This document shows positions 60,831 through 64,000 of a stretch of 64,000 nucleotides of DNA, piece by piece. The DNA is from Eledone cirrhosa (Eukaryota). The stretch covers positions 208,506,001 through 208,570,000 of the forward strand of contig OZ024743.1 of the NCBI GenBank assembly GCA_964016885.1, in the 5' to 3' direction. Position 1 is the first letter of the stretch; each line of letters opens with the position of its first letter. The notes under the pieces were generated by a model that saw only the letters and a program-made list of their open reading frames with translations, searched no databases and had not been told where the DNA came from. Made by a program: the position numbers and the translations under genes.

Positions 60831-63485
60831 CTACAGTTTACCATCCTATAGCCACAGATGAAATCTCTTCACTCCATAAGATATACGACAGTTTACCATC
60901 CTATAGCCGCAGATGAAAGCTCTTCACTCCATAAGATATACCACAGTTTACCATCCTATAGCCACACATGAAAGCTCTTCACTCCATAAGATATACCACA
61001 GTTTACCATCCTATAGCCAGATGAAAGCTCTTCACTCCATAAGATATACCACAGTTTACCACCCTATAGCCACAGATGAAAGCTCTTCACTCCATAACAT
61101 ATACTACAGTTTACCATCCTATAGGCACACATGAAAGCTCTTCACTCCATAAGATATACCACAATTTACCATCCTATAGCCACACATGAACGCTCTTCAC
61201 TCAATAAGATATACCACAGTTTACCATCCTATAGCCACAAATGAAAGCTCTTCATTCCATAAGATATACCACAGTTTACCATCCTAGAGCCACACATGAG
61301 AGCTCTTCACTCCATAAGATATACCACAGTTTACCATCCTAGAGTCACACATGAGAGCTCTTCACTCCATAATATATACCACAGTTTACCATCCTATAGC
61401 CACACATGAAAGCTCTTCACTCCATAAGATATACCACAGTTTACCATCCTATAGCCACAGATGAAAGCTCTTAACTCCATAAGATATACAACAGTTTACC
61501 ATCCTATAGCCAGATGAAAGCTCTTCACTCCATAAGATATACCACAGTTTACCATCCTATAGCCACAGATGAAAGCTCTTCACTCCATAAGATATACAAC
61601 AGTTTACCATCCAATAGCCAGATGAAAGCTCTTCACTCCATAAGATATACCACAGTTTACCATCCTATAGCCACAGATGAAAGCTCTTCACTCCATAAGA
61701 TATACCACAGTTTACCATCCTATAGCCACATATGAAAGCTCTTCACTCCATAAGATATACCACAGTTTACCATCCTATAGCCACACATGAAAGCTCTTCA
61801 CTCCATGAGATATACCACAGTTTACAATCCTATAGCCACAGATGAAAGCTCTTCACTCCATAAGATATACCACAGTTTACCATCCTATAGCCACACATGG
61901 AAGCTCTTCACTCCATGAGATATACCACAGTTTACCATCCTATAGCCACACATGAAAGCTCTTCACTCCATAAGATATACCACAGTTTACCATCCTATAG
62001 CCAGATGAAAGCTCTTCACTCCATAAGATATACCACAGTTTACCATCCTATAGCCACACATGAAAGCTCTTCACTCCATCAGATATACCACAATTTACCA
62101 TCCTATAGCCACAGATGAAAGCTCTTCACTCCATAAGATATACCACAGTTTACCATCCTATAGCCACACATGAAAGCTCTTCACTCCATAAGATATAACA
62201 CAGTTTACCATCCTATGGTTACAGATGAAAGCTCTTCACCCCATAAGATATACTACAGTTTACCATCCTATAGCCACAGATGAAATCTCTTCACTCCATA
62301 AGATATACGACAGTTTATCATCCTATAGCCGCAGATGAAAGCTCTTCACTCCATAAGATATACCACAGTTTACCATCCTATGGCCACAGATGAAAGCTCT
62401 TCACTCCCTAAGATATACCACAGTTTACCATCCTATAGCCGCAGATGAAAGCTCTTCACTCCATAAGATATACCACAGTTTACCATCCTATGGCCACAGA
62501 TGAAAGCTCTTCACTCCATAAGATATACCACAGTTTACCATCCTATAGCCACACATGAAAGCTCTTCACTCCATAAGATATACCACAGTTTACCATCCTA
62601 TAGCCAGATGAAAGCTCTTCACTCCATAAGATATACCACAGTTTACCACCCTATAGCCACAGAGGAAAGCTCTTCACTCCATAACATATACTACAGTTTA
62701 CCATCCTATAGGCACACATGAAAGCTCTTCACTCCATAAGATATACCACAATTTACCATCCTATAGCCACACATGAACGCTCTTCACTCAATAAGATATA
62801 CCACAGTTTACCATCCTATAGCCACAAATGAAAGCTCTTCATTCCATAAGATATACCACAGTTTACCATCCTAGAGCCACACATGAGAGCTCTTCACTCC
62901 ATAAGATATACCACAGTTTACCATCCTATAGCCACAGATGAAAGCTCTTCACTCCATCAGATATACCACAGTTTACCATCCTATAGCCAGATGAAAGCTC
63001 TTCACTCCATAAGATATACCACAGTTTACCATCCTATAGCCACACATGAAAGCTCTTCACTCCATAAGATATACCACAGTTTACCATCCTATAGCCACAC
63101 ATGAAAGCTCTTCACTCCATAAGATATACCACAGTTTACCATCCTATAGCCACACATGAAAGCTCTTCACTCCATAAGATATAACACAGTTTACCATCCT
63201 ATAGTTACAGATGAAAGCTCTTCACTCCATAAGATATACGACAGTTTACCATCCTATAGCCGCAGATGAAAGCTCTTCACTCCATAAGATATACCACAGT
63301 TTACCATCCTATAGCCACAGATGAAAGCTCTTCACTCCATAAGATATACCACAGTTTACCATCCTATAGCCACACATGAAAGCTCTTCACTCCATGAGAT
63401 ATACCACAGTTTACAATCCTATAGCCACAGATGAAAGCTCTTCACTCCATAAGATATACCACAGTTTACCATCCTATAGCCACAC
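58163..63485 (+). repeat. Higher-order duplication: ~58163-59150 is copied at ~62500-63485 (offset 4337), with a partial third copy at ~60913-61320
   Basis: Ordered shared variants are CACCCT, TAACATATACTAC..TAGGCAC, GAACGCTC..TCAAT, CATTCC..TAGAG, CATCAG, TAGTTACAG, TACGAC..GCCGCAG and CATGAG..TACAATCC. The ORFs at 58163, 60913 and 62500 are nearly identical. Confidence 0.85.
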
Positions 63486-64000
63486 ATGGAAGCTCTTCAC
63501 TCCATGAGATATACCACAGTTTACCATCCTATAGCCACACATGAAAGCTCTTCACTCCATAAGATATACCACAGTTTACCATCCTATAGCCAGATGAAAG
63601 CTCTTCACTCCATAAGATATACCACAGTTTACCATCCTATAGCCACACATGAAAGCTCTTCACTCCATCAGATATACCACAATTTACCATCCTATAGCCA
63701 CACATGAGAGATCTTCACTCAATAAGATATACCACAGTTTACCATCCTATAGCCACAAATGAAAGCTCTTCACTCCATAAGATATACCACAGTTTACCAT
63801 CCTATAGCCACACATGAAAGCTCTTCACTCCATGAGATATACCACAGTTTACCATCCTATAGCCACACATGAAAGCTCTTCACACCATAAGATATACCAC
63901 AGTTTAACATCCTATAGCCACACATGGAAGCTCTTCACTCCATGAGATATACCACAGTTTACCATCCTAGAGTCACACATGAGAGTTCTTCACTCCATAA

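Larger units (their letters stand above)
1..64000 (+). repeat. Satellite/minisatellite tandem array, ~55-bp monomer (about 1,170 copies), single orientation, open at both window ends
   Basis: Every line of the window matches ATGAAAGCTCTTCACTCCATAAGATATACCACAGTTTACCATCCTATAGCCACA(C/G) with few substitutions. The main length classes are 55 bp (..GCCACAC or ..GCCACAG), 53 bp (..GCCAG) and 60 bp (..GCCACGCCACGG). Copy number is estimated as 64000 divided by ~54.7. Confidence 0.99.

Noticed and set aside
1300-63707. The many 63-145 aa + strand ORFs (MKALHSIRYTTVYHPIAT...) as protein-coding genes
   Set aside because: They arise from the ATG in each monomer. Because 55 is not a multiple of 3, frames hit TGA after two consecutive 55-mers. 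The ORFs overlap in different frames, frameshifting variants are common, and I see no RBS, splice structure or recognisable domain.
1-64000. CRISPR array
   Set aside because: There are no unique spacers: repeats abut directly and the variable part is only 2-7 bp drawn from a few states. No leader or cas genes are present.
1-64000. Rolling-circle product (DRT2/Neo-like concatemeric cDNA, telomerase-like synthesis or an amplification artefact)
   Set aside because: Re-copying one short template would give independent errors. Here rare variants are inherited in ordered multi-kb blocks, which implies DNA-level duplication over time. There is also no continuous ORF and no RT gene in the window.
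1-64000. Canonical telomeric repeat or G-quadruplex array
   Set aside because: There are no TTAGGG/TTTAGGG-type units, and the G-rich strand of the consensus has only GG runs, mostly widely spaced. Only the strand skew is telomere-like.
1-64000. tRNA, 5S rRNA, spliced-leader or snRNA tandem gene array
   Set aside because: The unit is too short, and I see no cloverleaf, Pol III A/B boxes, consensus poly-T terminator or Sm site. The only pairing is a 4-bp stem.
1-64000. Heat-shock elements (nGAAnnTTCn) or TATA boxes
   Set aside because: The consensus GAAAGCTC mismatches the HSE, and only the GAAAGTTC variant gives two units rather than the three normally needed. TATA occurs as TATACC/TATAGC with no promoter context.
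1-64000. Plasmid iterons, or transposon-internal/terminal repeats
   Set aside because: Copy number and length far exceed iteron arrays, and there is no rep or transposase gene, terminal inverted repeat or flanking sequence in the window.

Overview
The whole 64-kb window is one uninterrupted head-to-tail tandem array, about 1,170 copies by length, of a ~55-bp satellite/minisatellite monomer. The consensus is ATGAAAGCTCTTCACTCCATAAGATATACCACAGTTTACCATCCTATAGCCACA(C/G): about 40% GC, C-rich and G-poor on the + strand, with no CpG. The array runs off both ends of the window, and I saw no unique sequence, inversion, transposon, RNA gene or credible protein-coding gene. All listed ORFs are by-products of the ATG in every monomer and of 55/53/60-bp length variants shifting the frame. 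The real structure lies in the variants. Length variation is concentrated at the GCCAC(AC/AG) junction (53-, 55- and 60-bp forms). Shared rare variants reveal nested higher-order duplications from ~0.2 kb to ~5 kb, including an almost perfect 2,190-bp tandem copy. They also divide the array into about four sub-domains with different variant repertoires. This looks like a eukaryotic satellite (heterochromatic, centromeric or subtelomeric) under active unequal crossover, but that is inference, and I cannot name the organism or repeat family. The sequence does not support a new gene-encoded system; any novelty would be the repeat family itself and its organisation. Coordinates of duplicated blocks were read by eye and from ORF-track offsets, so their edges are approximate (about one monomer).
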